Shown piece after piece: positions 14,561 through 29,551 of a stretch of 64,000 bases of DNA. Each line of letters begins with the position of its first letter. Positions within the stretch are counted from its first letter, which is position 1. The DNA lies in assembly GCF_006345805.1 (NCBI RefSeq), contig NC_043011.1:9858001-9922000 (forward strand), in the 5' to 3' direction. The notes below the pieces were generated by a model, which ran no database searches, had not been told where the DNA came from, and worked only from the letters and a program-made list of their open reading frames with translations. The position numbers were made by a program, and so were the translations under genes. Source of the DNA: Octopus sinensis. Taxonomy: Eukaryota.

Positions 14561-16202
14561 TCAATTTTGGTTCTGCTTTCTGATATCTATGCTTTCTGCT
14601 TTCTATGTACACATAAATACAAGAGACAGACAGAAACTCTGTGTGTGTGTATGTGTGTGCACGTGTGCGTGTGTGTGTGCAATGAGGCTATGAAACCACA
14701 TTATATGTATTTCAAGTGGTGTGAAGGTATCCAGTCTGTCTGAAGGAGGGTGGGTGGGGGAACAACTGGATGTCACAATTATAGATGATAATAAGGTCTT
14801 GGGCCCTTTGTCCCTGCCTTTGTTGAAAAATAAGGTATTATTAGGGCTAGTTTTTGAAATGTAATCATATTGGAGCAGTAGCTTCAAACAGTTTTAGCAA
14901 AGTGAGGTGGAGAGATAGACAGAAACCGATAGACACATAGGTAGATGACAAATTCAGCACAGTTTTCTTCTACCAAATTCCTATCACAAAGCATTGGCCA
15001 ACATGTTACTACAACACATTCTCACAAAGGTGCAACAGCAACAAAGGAATTGCATGCAGCACAAAGCCTTAAAGGTTTAAACAGCTTGCAGGAAGTTTGG
15101 TGCCAAGATGAAAAGACGTGCCAGTGTTGTAATGGTTCAGATGAATTTGTATAAAATGATATTCAGATTGGCATGGGTTGTCACTGAAGAACTCAAACAT
15201 GAAGCTGATGAAGCATAGTGGAAATAAAACACAAAAGATCTCTGTTGATGAAGAATGGGATAATGGAGAAACAAATTTTTCTGGTGGCATCATGTATTGG
15301 GCATTTGTCTGAGATAATGTTCTTGTGATATTAATCTTAACTTCATCACACCAACACATCTACCTTTTATTCGTGACAACCAACAAGAGAAAGACCCCAA
15401 GAAGTCAACCTGTTGGAAAATCAGTAACCAAATCTCTCAGAACACTCCTTATAAAAAGGAAAGAACACATTGACTAATGTAGTCCTAGATAGCCTATGCT
15501 TGAATAAAGTATCAGATGGGCATACAAGAGCATATTTCTATTTTTAATGAAATCTGTAGTAACTGACAGAATTACTATCCACCCAATTCCAGAATTCTTT
15601 AGAGGTTCACCTTTTCAACACGGAGAAGAAAATAGTCTCTGACCTAATAAAAAGATCACAGGATATAAGATGGGTGCTGCTGAAACAACTGTAGACAAAG
15701 CACTGGAGAATGTGTGTGTGTGTGTGTGTGTGTGTGCATGTGTATGTGCTTCTCCTCCAAAAAACAAAGATGAAGAAAAATAGATATTTACTGGAGATAT
15801 TAAAAGAGAATAAAAACACACGTCCATGTATGCACACACACACATACACACACACAAATCTATAATTACATTAAGGGTAATCAATGGCAATGTATTGGAG
15901 AAAATGTCCTTGTTTCAATGTTTTCTTTCACTGTATTTAACCTTCTCCAGGAATTTGGAGAGAGAAAAATCACTGAAAAACTATCAATTATTGACGGAAA
16001 GTAAATATCACTCTCGTACACACATACACATATAGACATGCACACACACACACACACACACATACACATATAGACATGCACATGCACACACACACACCCG
16101 CACCCACACACACACACACACATATATATATATAAATACACATGCAAACACACACACATATATACATACATACATAAATACATATATTCTCATATATTCA
16201 TT

Positions 16203-16235
<33 letters not shown>

Positions 16236-19200
16236 ATACAGCTAATTAATTGTAACATTTGACTGGAACTGACAACTGTTGTAATCTCCACAACAATGGT
16301 TCTTTACCCAATTCTATTGAAATGTTTTTTAACAACAGAATTTCTGCCACATTTTTTTTTAGTGGGGAATGGGAGAATTTACAATGGCATATCCAAGAAT
16401 ACTTTGTGTGGTGAAGTGTGTGTGTGAAAGAGAGATTATGGGAATAAAGATGATGATTAAGGTAATGAAAAAGACAAGGATTAACATCATGGTGGTGATT
16501 ATTATTAAGATGAATGATAATGATCTTGATGATGCTGATGATGATGATTGAACAGTTATATGTGAACCTGGTAGTAATTTCCGTTAAAGTTGGTTGCATA
16601 AAGATTTGTTCATTTTTAACTGCAGTCTCCCTTTATAATTAATGACATTCGCAGCAAGGATCCATAAAGTTCCCCAAACTAATGAAACCTTGTGTACTGG
16701 TCTAAGACCAGAAAGGGTCAGGTATAGAAACAGCAGCAGAAACAACACACCAAACATAAAAGACGTTATTTTGCTGGCTTGGTGAGAATTGAAACCTTAC
16801 CAATGATGTTTAGATGGCAGCCACCAAAATAGGGTCACAACTCAACTAATTGATGTTTAATGTTTAGGTAGCTCTGATCTAGAAGGCCCAGGAGGAAAGC
16901 AGATGAGGGGAAGGCCCAGGAGGAAAGCATGTCAGTGGGAAATGCAGACTTGCTTGACCACACAACCATACACGAGTCTGAAACATACATGGAGAGAGGG
17001 GGGAGGAGAAGGGAGAGGGGGTGGGGAGAGGCAAACAACTTCAAACTTAAAGAGGTTTGCCAAAATACTCTGGCCATATTATAAATTATATTGTAAACAC
17101 AATATATTTTCTAAATATTAAATCAAATTGTTGAATTTCAATAAACTTTTTCCATCTAAAATTTTCTTTCCATTTCCATTGACTTGAGTTTTTTTTCTTT
17201 TTTTTTTGTTACTTATTTCTATTTTTACTTTTTACCTTAACAAAAGAAATTTGGCAAAGTCCACCGACAACAATGAACAAATTTAAAGATTGGCAAACTA
17301 TTGACCTCATTGTGAAGTGGTGTCATCGGGGACAATTGATAATTAAATAATAACTGACCAGGCTAAACTATTTCGGAAGAAGTTAAATATTTGGTTGAGA
17401 CTGACAACAACAGAGTGATTAAGTTGTGGTTGTGTATCTATAAGTAAGTGGGTTCAAATCTGTCACAGGCATTTTGGTTCTAGACCAGAAACAGAGAAGT
17501 GATAGAGCATGGTGTTCTATCCAGGGGAAATGTTATCCACTTCACATAGTGAAATGAAACCAGGATTAAGAACCAGTTTAGAGGAGTTAAATGATTAGAC
17601 AAACTGAAATCCTGTGACAAGAGAGAGAGAGACGGACAGACAGAGAAGGAACCATTACATTCTGAAGAAATAGCAACAATTTCATAGCAACAGATACTGT
17701 AATTATATCCAAACTTTGATGGTTTGTGAATTAATTCTCATTGAATCTCACCACTCACTCATGATGTCTGAAAATAATTCAGAAATATATCTCGTCTAAT
17801 GAAATATGTCTACATTTAAGGTAAAACCTGGAAGTAATTGATAGAAATTATTGCTTTGTGAAAAGACATTACTAATAAACAGCTTTAATTACAAATCAGG
17901 ATGATCAAGGTTTTTTGAAAAGAAAGATTTTAAAGATTAACAAATTTGAATATTTTCTAAAACTGGAACTCAAAAAAAAAAAAGTTCTGACACCCCCTAC
18001 AATTGGTTTTCAGACTCACAAGCAACAATCCCAGATCCCTAAGATGATGTGAGAAATAATGTAATCCCAACATACATACTAATTAATAATCATTTGCTAT
18101 GTTCATAATAATTTCTGTTTTTCTGGGGATGTTGTTGAGCTGTACATGATCATGCCTATAATATAGAGGTGATCCTTAAATCAGGGAAGAGCAGACCTTA
18201 ATCTTGAGCCATAGATACCTTTTATAGTGTAGGTGTTTATGATTTACTTTTAACTGGGAGTAATTTCATGGGGGTGGAAACAACTGTTTTATTTGGTAGA
18301 AGTAAAAGAAGGAGAACAGAAGCAAGAAACTTGGAGCATATTCTGGTCTTGAAAGAAGTGGGTGAGGGGAATAAATGCAATTGGGAATAGGAATTTAAAG
18401 AAGCCAAAGAAATATATTGATGTGTCTTAGTTCCAGTAGAAAGGCTGTAAAACAGAATCTCAAAAATCAAAACAATTTCCTACATATTGGTAAAAATCTT
18501 GATTGTCATTCTTGAATATTAATAAATTAACCTAAAGAGTAATTAATAAGATCTGCATCACTGAACCCTTTTCTATGGTAAATAGCTGGGATCACAGAGA
18601 GTGATGTAATTATTTTAAAGTTTGGTACAAATTGTAGGAGATGGAAACAGGCAAGAGAAGCAACCCTATTATATTACTGGTATTTGCTTTATTGATCTTA
18701 GAAGATTGATTAATAAAGTCATTTGAACTCACAACACAGTAGTTGATGGAATACAGCAGCATATTTAGTCTGATATTCAACTTTTACTATTTTATATTCT
18801 AGCCTTAGCCACCATGACCAAGCAAAGACATCTTTGTGAAAGCAAGTACCATGCTTTTGTGAAATGTTTCAGGGGCCTGTGTAGTCACAAGCTGACACAC
18901 ACACTTTTATGTCAACATCACCCATGACTCAGAGAAACATTCCAGATGTGACAGATGGAGGAAGAAAGGGTGGCACCAACAATAGTTGGATGGTACTTAT
19001 TTTCAGAGCAGTTTCATATAGTTCCCTTTACATGATACGAATATAGTCCAGACTGCATGAAATGGTTATATACAGTCCACATTGCATGCAAGTCTTATAT
19101 AATCCAGATCCTGTGAAACTGTAAAATAAGCTACTTTAAAGAAAATTAATATAGTCCAGTAGAGCCCAGATTACATGAAACTAATATTGTCCAGATGAAA

Positions 19201-20113
19201 TTAATGTGAAATTGATATTGCCACTTTACATAAAGTAGTCTTCATTCTCTGCAACTAACGAAGTCTGCATTTCATGAATCTGTTACAAAGTCCAAATGAG
19301 TTGCAATTGTAATATAGTTTGCATTTCATGAAACATGAGTGTGGCCCACATTTCATGACTTTGTCAACAGAATGGAAACAATAATATTTATGAATGTCAA
19401 CATTTTAAATGATTTGATATAGTTTGGTCGATGGTCTTTATACAGGAAAACAGTTTTAGAAACAAATATTCTTTTTTCTACCTTATTTCTACGTTAAGCA
19501 TTTTAATGTTGACTTTTAATTAATAAATAAATCTCATTACTTCTTGGCAATCACCATTTAGAGTCTTTGAAGCATGAAACAAATTTTTTCCAACCCTTCC
19601 AAAACAAGACATTTAAAGCAGGCTTTTCTTTTGGTTTTCCTTTGCAACCAAGCACAAGGAATGCATTTACATAAAATTTTAAAAATAAACACATTTTGTT
19701 TTTGTGTTTTTTGTGGGTTTTTTTGTGTGTTTGTTTCATAAATATTTGTGTTGTTTTATAAACAGAATTACAAGTTTATAAATTTAAAACTTTAATGATG
19801 CCAACTTCAGTTAGTTTTTAAAATCTTGAGCAAGATGTTACATTTTAACATCACACAGAACAAAGTTAATCAAAATTTGCTAATTAAAATTGAATGTTCC
19901 AATGTGTTCTCAGCTCATTAATGGATTCACCCACAACCATCAACTAAATCTGATATAGAAACCTCTAAACTCTCAATTATATAACACAGATCATCATATC
20001 TCTCTCTCTCTCTCCTAAACTGAGGTATCTACACATAAATAAGAACACAACAGATTGAACCATCACCACCACCACCACCACCATTGTTGTTGTTGATATT
20101 ATTATTATTATTA

Positions 20114-20144
<31 letters not shown>

Positions 20145-22280
20145 ATTACATCTGCTTTGTCTTGTTATTTTGTTCCTTAATCTCACAGTCAATATTCTAA
20201 TGAAGCTGAATAATTTATACCAAGTTACCCCCCCCTCTCTCTTTCTCTCCAACAATCAACCTTAGAATGTTTGATTTTTTCTACAAAATCCCATCATTGG
20301 ATTACAGGCACCATTGAGGCCAACTCCAACATCACAAAAATCAATAGTTTTACATCAATTTTTTTTATCCTGCAATGGCTTAAACAAGTCTTCACTGTAA
20401 TCTGTCCTTCAGTTTGGTTGGCCATTTCCTCTTTGCTTTTTGTGAATTCCTCTGCAGACTACATCTGCTGTCTTTCTCTAAACTGTCAACTGACATAACC
20501 TCTCTCTCTCTCTCTCTCTGGCTGCTAGAAATAGCAACCAAATCTCTCTAAAATCATGATATCCCATCATAAAACAAAAGAAGTTGGATAATGTGATCAT
20601 AAATGCATTCTACCTGAAAATAAAGTGGAATGTTCATGGCTGGAATGGCTTTAATCATACTCAACCTACTCAATCACAACTGACCTTCGGTTAAACAATT
20701 ACCTCACCCTCTCTTTCTCTTCTCTCTCCTCCAGTTCTCTCTGCTATTTATTTCCTCCATCTCTCCTCATTAACACATCAATTAATGAGATCCTAATTCT
20801 TCCTATCAAATCTCTTCCTTGTTTTCACATCCACACCAGAAACAACCAAGATTCTGTTGTTGAAAATGAAATTTACCAAATTTTGGAATAAATCAAATTC
20901 AATTAATAGTTTAGCATGAAAAGAAGATTTTTATATAAAATTTATTTTACAAATATCGAGGTTTAAAAAAAATGTCTAATTCTTCCTGAAATATTACAGG
21001 CTTGGATAACTTGCAGCATTTCTGTGACATAAATTGCCATGCTACCTTAAGTAGTTTTACATCATTTTTGTTGGACTGCTTCAATAGATTGTTCTGGGAT
21101 GGTTTTACTTTCAACCATTATTTGTTCAGCTGGATCATATTTCTTTTGTAAACTAATCATGAAGAATTTATTTCCAGTTAAGTAAACTGGAATAAATAAA
21201 CTTGTCCTAATAAATATTTGAACATTGGAGTACATAATCTTGTTTTCATTAACAGCACCTGGTCACCAACAATGGTTAATTCTCCTTGAATTAACAATTG
21301 CTGTTGACATAACACAGCTTCCTTAAACAATAAGTAGTTCTGTCATGGGTGGAGGGGCAAAAAAAAAAAAAATACAGGTTGTTTGGCTTTGTGATTTTGT
21401 TTAAATGTATGAAGATGAAGGAGAAATTGTCTGTGCCTGAGTGTCAAGCTTCTTCGCTGCCCTACATAATCGGTAACCAACCACTTGAACCTGACAGCAC
21501 CCCATTTATGTCTTGTGCTTCTAATGTTCAAAACAGCATGGAGGAAAGAATCGATAGTATCCAATGTTTGTTAACAGGGTCACTTCCTGTACCTTAATAC
21601 AAAGAAAAGGAAACAAACAAAAAAAAAAAATCAATGAAACTCTCTTAGTTCAATAATCTACTTTAATTGATTCTGTGTAAAGTCTGGTTTAGGCAGCCTT
21701 TTCATTATTCATGGTCCGTGGCTCAGGACAGGAAGTTTCTGTCTATCATTGATGAGATCTCGTCTCTTCTAAACAACTCCTCTCTTCTAAACGCCATTAG
21801 TGTGGTGGTGGTGTGAGGAGAAATACTTATTCACCAACCTTACCAACAACAACTCAATCGATTGGTTTCAAAATCAATGACTCACAAATTACAAACTGAA
21901 CTTCAAACTCACTGACTAATACACTAACTTAGTAACACATCTCTTGATTTATTAATAATATAACTCACTAACTTACCAACACAACTAATATATTTCCAAA
22001 CTGACTAATACACCAGACTAGCACATCTTTTAACTTATGAAAGCATTTTCTAAATAATACATAGAACCTATTAATCCATGTCTTGACTCACTAATAAACG
22101 AACTTACTCCTAATATAGCTTCCAAAGCACTAAAACACACACACACACACACACACACGCATACGTTGCTGATCAAATGAATTATAGCAGTAGTTAATGG
22201 TAGTTTTTCTCTTAATCACTTTTTTTTTAGCCTTTAATGATTAAAAAAAAGGCAAGATATTTGGTAAGAATTATGATAAG

Positions 22281-22343
22281 GAAGAAGAAGAAGAAGAAGA
22301 AGAAGAAGAAGAAGAAGAAGAAGAAGAAGAAGAAGAAGAAGAA
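22281..22343. repeat. (GAA)21 microsatellite
   Basis: Perfect GAA run. Confidence 0.95.
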
Positions 22344-22635
22344 TGATCAACCAGTCATGTACAAAAAGAAAAACAAAAAAGAATTCTAAGAAGAAAGCAA
22401 TTTGTCTTTTTTAAAGTACAAAGAGAATTTCTAAATAATTGGCTTTTTCATTTCATTTTGTGTAATGAGATGCCATGGTCCGACATAGAAATATGTGTCA
22501 AAGTCAAACACCATCATCATCAACTATATATGTGTGTATGTGTATATATGTGTGTGTGTGTGTGTGTGTATTCACAACAACCTCTCACCATCTATATATT
22601 GAACATCCTTTTATATTCCTTTCCTAAATCATCAC

Positions 22636-22703
<68 letters not shown>

Positions 22704-22723
22704 ATATTATATATTATTATTAT

Positions 22724-22790
<67 letters not shown>

Positions 22791-22791
22791 T

Positions 22792-23268
22792 CATGAGGAC
22801 AGGTGTGTAAAGAAGTGCCAAGCTCTAATTGTGGAGGGTACCTGTGGAAGGGGTAGATCCCAGAAGACGTGGGATGAAGTGGTGGAAAGGGATCTCTGGA
22901 TGATGGGCCTTGCTGAAGAAACTACAAGGGACCAGAAGGTATGGCAATTTGCTGTACTTGATAAGACACATCAAACTAAATAAAGTTGCTGTCTTCCATA
23001 CATACAGGTTTATCCTTTCAGGTGTGGGGGCCACATAAAAAGCCCCCACGCCAGTGCTTCATGAATGTATCCATGTCAGTGGCATGTAAAGGGCACCCAG
23101 TAGACTCTGTTAAGTGGTTGGTGTTAGGAAGGGCATCCAGCCATAGAAATCATGCTATGATTATATAGCATCCAGAAACATAACAGACAATCAGTCTTGG
23201 CAGCTCCATGTCAAACCATGCCACCAAGAAAAGCGGATGTTAAACGATGATGATGATGATGATGATGA
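22792..23268 (+). mobile_element. RTE LINE 3' end (ORF C-terminus and tail)
   Basis: LIVEGTCGRGRSQKTWDEVVERDL...RDQKVW, followed by the conserved tail and (GAT)n. Confidence 0.75.
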
Positions 23269-23289
23269 CCTCCACCCACCTAAATTTTC

Positions 23290-23725
23290 AACATTCTTCA
23301 AAAAAACCTTTCATTTGAATGACATGGACTGAACATAAAACACAATTCTGTTTCTGCTGGAATCCCCTTCTAAAAATTGAAATTTAGGTTTAGCCGAACT
23401 ATAAAGCATACCACAAACTTTGGGGAGTCTGTGAAGCGCTGCACATCTGTTGGAGAATGTTCCTTGACTTCTAAATGGACTGTTGCTGCGATATTCACCA
23501 GGAGTTGGCATCAGTGGATTTGATCCCTGTCTTCCTCTCAACCAACAATTTCTTTTATTCAACAGTTTCATTGGGCTCTCATTCATGAAGACAACCCTAA
23601 ACTCCATGGACTCTTACATTAATATTCACAGCCTTGTGCCACTCAGCCAGCTTTCTTCACACAGAAGAGAACTGCAATTTCTTGTTTGCCTCACATCATT
23701 CACTCCTGGTCCGAGTAGCACACAA
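23290..23725 (-). mobile_element. Degraded Tc1-like transposase relic
   Basis: FRVVFMNESPMKLLNKRN resembles the Tc1 W-x-x-V-I-F-S-D-E-S motif and PKVCGM resembles VMVWG. No TIRs identified. Confidence 0.35.
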
Positions 23726-23736
23726 TAACAGATGAT

Positions 23737-23799
<63 letters not shown>

Positions 23800-23812
23800 A
23801 TGCACACACACA

Positions 23813-24673
23813 CAGGGTTTGATGGGTAAATTGTTGCCATTTTATATTTTTAATTTCGTGCATGCACATTGTTTTTGATTTTGCCGACTACACAGTATAG
23901 TAGGGTCAGTTGGGCACTGTCTATGGAAAAAACAGCACCATGACACACAATTCACTCTGCCAAGAATTTGGAAATGACATGCTGTACTGCTTGGCATTTG
24001 TACTGGAAGCTCCAATATGAAGATTTCAGAGTGTTTGAGTGTGAATCTAAGGACTTGTACTGAGAGTGATAAAAATCAAACATCCAGTCAACTTCATGGT
24101 GTTTGAAGTGATCACTAGTGATGGAGACGTTATGCCTCCATTCATCTTCCCACACAGCCTAAGACTCAACATGGAGGCCTACATTAAGTGCCTGGAGGAG
24201 GTAGTGCTGCCCTGGATCAAAGAGGGTGACTGCTGGAAGACCCTATGTCTGGTAACAGGACTCTGCACCATGCCACACAAGCAGGAGAATCCAGTCATGA
24301 TTGTCAGACAATTTATGTGACCATATCACCCCTAACATCTGGTCACCTAACTCTCCAAACTGCATCCCTCTTGATTATTAACAGTTGAGTGAGAAACCAA
24401 CAAAACTCCTTGCAACACCAAAGATGAACTGAAGGCAAGGATTATGGCAGCATTCACCAATTTAAACAAGGAGACCATCTAGAAGAGTTGCAGGAGATTC
24501 TGAAGTCATCTGAGGCCATGGTTGAAGCCAATGGCGATATTATTGAATAAATTTACTCTTTATTATTTCAAGATATTTTTATGTAATTTTGGTAAATATA
24601 TCTGCTAAAATGAGAAGTCAGTGTTATTTTGGTTTTTGCGTAATTTAGATAATAGGTTATTCACCATACCCTG
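23813..24673 (+). mobile_element. Internally deleted Tc1/mariner-superfamily element, DD37D (maT) type
   Basis: Ends CAGGGT...ACCCTG (short imperfect TIRs). Remnant VITSDGDVMPPFIF...VLPWIK, then QDSAPCH...WSPNSPNCIPLDY with 37 codons between the two Asp residues. Confidence 0.85.
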
Positions 24674-25069
24674 TGTATATATATATATATATATGTATGT
24701 ATAATTGTAAGATCCATGGATCTAGATGTACAAAGTTAGTAAGCTTTGAGCAGTCTGTGGTAGGTATAAAAAACGACTTTCAGTAACAATAATAGTTTAC
24801 TGACAGCAAAAGTTGGTTTATCCCACATCAAAGTTTGATAAACTGGAAAAAGGTTTTTTTAAAATTATATCTCTGGCAAGTTAACATGGGATTTCTCAAC
24901 AACAAAGTAACCTTCATGTAACTAAGGTATCTTCATCCTAAAAAGTAGCTAATGGGGTGCTCCGCCCCCATTGAATAATTATTACATCTGAGGATCTGTT
25001 AGTTAGGAAACATATGTAGCCTGGATTTTACCTACTCCACTCCCTTGATTTGGGTATACATATATATAT

Positions 25070-25113
<44 letters not shown>

Positions 25114-25554
25114 GATGCAAATAAACAAATAAAACTGCTTGGATTAGATATACAAAATATACGTACATATATATACATGTAGAGAGAAAGCAAAGACTAA
25201 AATTTTCAGATGATGAATATTCAAGTAAAAAGATATATTTATATATTGATAGAGCAAGCTTACACAGAATACAAAGACACAGAAAATTAAAGGGGAGAAG
25301 GTGTAATGTTACAAGTCTGACAGCTGATGTTGAGTGCTTGGAGTTACTTGATAATGTTGGCAGATACAGTTCACCAGAATATGCAATCAGTAATGGAAGC
25401 AGAAACACATTGGGTAGATCTGTCCTCTGTCTTCAGGGTGGAGAGAGAAAAATTCACCCTGTAGATTATCCAATGTTTGTTTGCTTCTATACTGGTTGTG
25501 TAAGATTGCAGTGAAATTGTATTCCTGGCCATTACTGATGTCATGAAATTGGCT

Positions 25555-25705
25555 CCCATTACACTCTGTGAGGGGTTGGCATTAGGAAGGGCATCCTGCT
25601 GTAGAAATCATGCCAAATCAGACTGGATCTTGTTGCAGCTCTACAGCTTACCAGTTCCAGTCAAACCGTCTAACCCATGGCAGCATGGAAAGCAGACGTT
25701 AAATC

Positions 25706-25746
<41 letters not shown>
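25555..25746 (+). repeat. RTE 3'-tail repeat copy
   Basis: TTGGCATTAGGAAGGGCATCC...CAGACGTTAAATC followed by (ATG)n. Confidence 0.75.
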
Positions 25747-25789
25747 ATAAGTAAAGAAAGAAATAAAGACCAAGGAACGAATCCTGCCT

Positions 25790-26910
25790 GACTTTCTGTT
25801 CAAAGATGATGATTGTGCTTTGAGGAAACAATGGACAGGTTTGCTGTGGCAGCTTGTGCATTTGATCTGATTATCAGCATCGAGAAGACTGAAGTGTTAT
25901 TCCAACCAAACCCTGGAGCAGGACATGTTCAAGACTCAAACATGATGATAGACATCAAGTCACTCAAATGGGTCAGGTTAGAATATCTAAAGCTACAAGT
26001 CCTTTTGGAAAACTTTCCCATTGTTTCTGGGATGAAGACAATGTCAGGCTGGAAACTAAAATAAGGGCATACAAATCTTGAATTTTGAGCACAGTTTTGT
26101 ATGGGACAGAAGCATGGACTCTCTACTACAAACATATAAAGAAACCTTTCACATGTGCTCCTTGCACAATATAAAGTGGCAAGATAGGGTTAATGAGCTG
26201 GCAGAATCATTAGCATGCCGGGCGAAAAGCTTAGCAGCATTTTGTCTGCCACTACGTTCTGAGTTCAAATTCCGCTGAGGTTGACTTTGCCTTTCATCCT
26301 TTTGGGGTAGATTAAATAAGTACCAGTTACACACTGGGGTCGATATAATCGACTTAATCCGTTTGTCTGTCCTTGTTTGTCCTCTCTGTGTTTAGCCCCT
26401 TGTGGGTAGTAAAAGAAATAAGAAATAAAGTGGCAAGATGAGATTATCCAATGCCAAAATCTTAGAAAAGTGGGATATCTCCCTTATCCAAAGCAAGCTC
26501 TATGAGAATTCAGTGCAGATGGTGGGTAGGGCATGTTGTTTGAATGAAAAATGACTGCATTCCAAAAATTCTTTTGTATGGCCAACAAGTGGAGGGATAT
26601 TGTGACAAAGGAAGACCTCTCCTTTGGTATAAGGATAAGTTGAAGCAATCCCTAAAATCTCTACAGCTTAACTTGGACATCTTGGGAAAGTCATTGCCAA
26701 GATTGATCTGCATGGGATAAAATGTGTCATGATGCATCCAAACAATTTCGGTTGAAGAAAAAGAACAATAAAAGAACTATATCCTGTAACCATCAGACAC
26801 ACTTGCTGAATCCCAGGCCAAATCAGAATCATCAATGCCCCCATTGCAACTTCATAGCAAAATCCATTCCTGGACTGAAATTGCTTTCACACTTTCATCA
26901 CAAATAGATT
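25790..26910 (+). mobile_element. Degraded RTE (BovB-like) LINE fragment, interrupted by a SINE
   Basis: DDCAL, MDRFAVAACAFDLIISIEKTEVLFQP, IKWQD, WVGHVV, IPKILLYG...GRP...YKDKLK and terminal CPHC...GL. Confidence 0.75.
26186..26424 (+). mobile_element. tRNA-derived SINE (Meta-SINE-like core) with 15-bp target-site duplication
   Basis: A box GGCAGAATCATTAGC, B box GAGTTCAAATTCC, core GACTTTGCCTTTCATCCTTT..GGGGT. TSD ATAAAGTGGCAAGAT at 26171-26185 and 26425-26439. Confidence 0.85.
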
Positions 26911-27794
26911 CAGCTTCTTAGAGTTTTCGTTTTTGTTTTCTTTCTATTTCTCTCTTTAACTCATTCGTAGAAACTGACCAGAGCAACCTTCATACATATA
27001 AAATCATCATCATCATCATCAGCATTCCCTGCAGCATTGGCATCTTCATGTCCCCATTTCCATGTTGGCATGGGTTAGATGATCTAAGATGATCCAGCAG
27101 GTTGGAGGTCCACACCTCTTGATCTAGTGCCAGTCTTAGTGGCTGGAATCCCTTCCTAACACTATGTGTGTCAATGCTGAAATATATCTTTAAATAATGC
27201 ATCTAGACATGCTACACCTACAACACAACTGTACTCAAAATTATACATACAGATACATTTGTACTTCAATATTTCAATAGAAAATAAATCTACACACCCA
27301 CGCATGCACACAGAGTGAAATGCAACCATGTACATATACACACAAATTCACACCTATTTTAACAAATAATTATCCATTCCAATGCACATAAATTTAATAA
27401 ACAGAATCTGAGAAAACACAAGATCTTATATTTACCGAAGCATGATCACATTAAGATTTCAGTGTGGAATTAAATAATCTTGCCCACTTCCATACTAATT
27501 AAGCTTAACCTATATCAGATAGAGAGCTGGCTTTGTCTCTCTAAAGACAGAAACAAAGAACAAGGAACCGAAACAACAGAATCAAAGAATGAAAAACTCA
27601 ATAAAACCAAGAACTAGCAATAAGAGTCCAAATTAGATTCAGTTATTTATGAGCAATAATTCCTAAAGTTAATTGGTTTCTTGTAAACAAAGCCAATATC
27701 ATGTCACATGACAAACAAGACATAGTTTTCAATTAACCTGGTCCAGGTAAATATTTGGTTAACCTGGTTGAGGTAAATATTCAATTACAAAAAG

Positions 27795-28215
27795 TCTGGA
27801 GAGGAAAGCTTTTCCATGGCCAATATCCTGCAAGAATGAAGAGAATGGCATTGAAGAAGACCAAAAGCTGAAAATGACTCAATAAATTGAAGTTAAAAGC
27901 AGAAACAGAAGTTTGATTCTAGCTGCCAAGTCACAAAGAATTACAAACAGAAAAAAAAAAGAATTTAAAAAATAGATAATGTCCAATTATTTAATTAGTA
28001 CAACTGACCACCTCATCTTTGACTGTCCATTCTTTGCCAAATCCCAAAATTTCCACAGACACAACTGAATCAGCAGTTACGACCACTACACAGTATACCA
28101 ACATGGGAAAAAGTGGACAAGTATTTAGCGACAATCATTTGGGACATTCCATAACCAGACTGACAATAAGATTAAGGCAAACCACCCAGATATAGTAATT
28201 AAGGATGAGAATCCT
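27795..28215 (+). mobile_element. Older degraded R4/Dong-clade LINE fragment
   Basis: Remnant motifs FHGQY, LKAETE, ILAA, HRHN, IIWD and KANHPDIVIKD across frameshifts. Confidence 0.6.
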
Positions 28216-28461
28216 AACAGAAGGGATAAAGATCCATTCTGAGCAACACATGGTCCAAAAAGAGGTGGAGGAGAATGAGGAAAGAGGATGCTGGAGCTGA
28301 AATTAAAGGGGATGGAGGGAGAGGAGTGAAAACAGTACCAGTAATAACTGGGGGCACAATATATGTAGGATACTGAACATAACACACCCTCTTCATAACC
28401 AATAGCCAATACTACAGTACCTACCACCCATTAACTCTAAAAAAACCACACATGCTAGTAC

Positions 28462-28525
<64 letters not shown>

Positions 28526-28703
28526 CCACATGCAATTCATTGTTTTGATTGTTTTTTATTTTGGCACAAGGTCTGCAAATTTGAGGGGTGGGGAAATGAA
28601 TCACACTGACCCCAGTATTCAACTGGTTCTTATTTTATTGACACCAAAAGGGGTGAAAGGCAAAGCCAATTTCAGTGACATTTGAACTCAGAAGGTTCAA
28701 GAC

Positions 28704-28751
<48 letters not shown>

Positions 28752-28770
28752 GTAATAATAGTAATATAAT

Positions 28771-29550
28771 GTACGATCAGTTTGCAAGAGATGTGAACGT
28801 GAAGACATATGGAGGAGCGGTGGCTATGGATGAGGAGGAGTAACCTGAAGATAGAGAGAGAAGCACTCTTATGCACAGCTGAGGAACAAGCAGAATGTGT
28901 GGTGAGAGGGATGAAACAGTATGGCACATTATAAGCGAGTGCCCAAAACTGGCACAATGGGAATATAAAAGATGCCATGACAATGTAGCAAGAGTGATCC
29001 ATTGAGAACTCTGTGGAAAGCATGGCCTACAAAGAGTAAAGACGAGGCATGAGCAAACCCTAGAAGGGGTCAGCGAGAGTGAGGATAGCAAAGTCTTGTG
29101 GGATGCAATGACCCAGTGCGATCACCTGACCAGACATTGGAAACCGGACATTGTTGTGGTGAATAAAATTGAACGAACATGTATGATAATCGACACAGTA
29201 TGCCCCGCTGACAACAGGATCAATATGAAAGAAGAAGAGAACAAATAAACAACTATGATGATTTCAAGTGGGAAATACGATGGTTGCGGTAAATGAGGAG
29301 AGTGGACTTGATAGCAGTAGTAATTGGAAGCATTTGGAAGTATCAGTACTCAACTACCAACATGGCTAAAAAAGATTAGAGCAAGTGCAAAGGTAAAACA
29401 TCAACAAAAATCAGCATTGACCGGAACTGCAAGAATTCTTCACAGGGTTTTTGAAGCATGACCAGTAAACAAGTGTCACCTTGGTCTGCTGGCTGTGGAC
29501 AGCTGACACTTTCCATCATATCCAACAAAATAAACTGACAGTTTTCATCA

Positions 29551-29551
<1 letters not shown>
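28771..29551 (+). mobile_element. 3' fragment of R4/Dong-clade LINE (zinc knuckle plus restriction-like endonuclease)
   Basis: RMCGERDETVWHIISECPKLAQWEYKRCHDNVARVIH, KVLWD, KPDIVVVNK...IID and QKSALTGTARILHRVF*. Flanked on both sides by (TAA)n. Confidence 0.88.
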
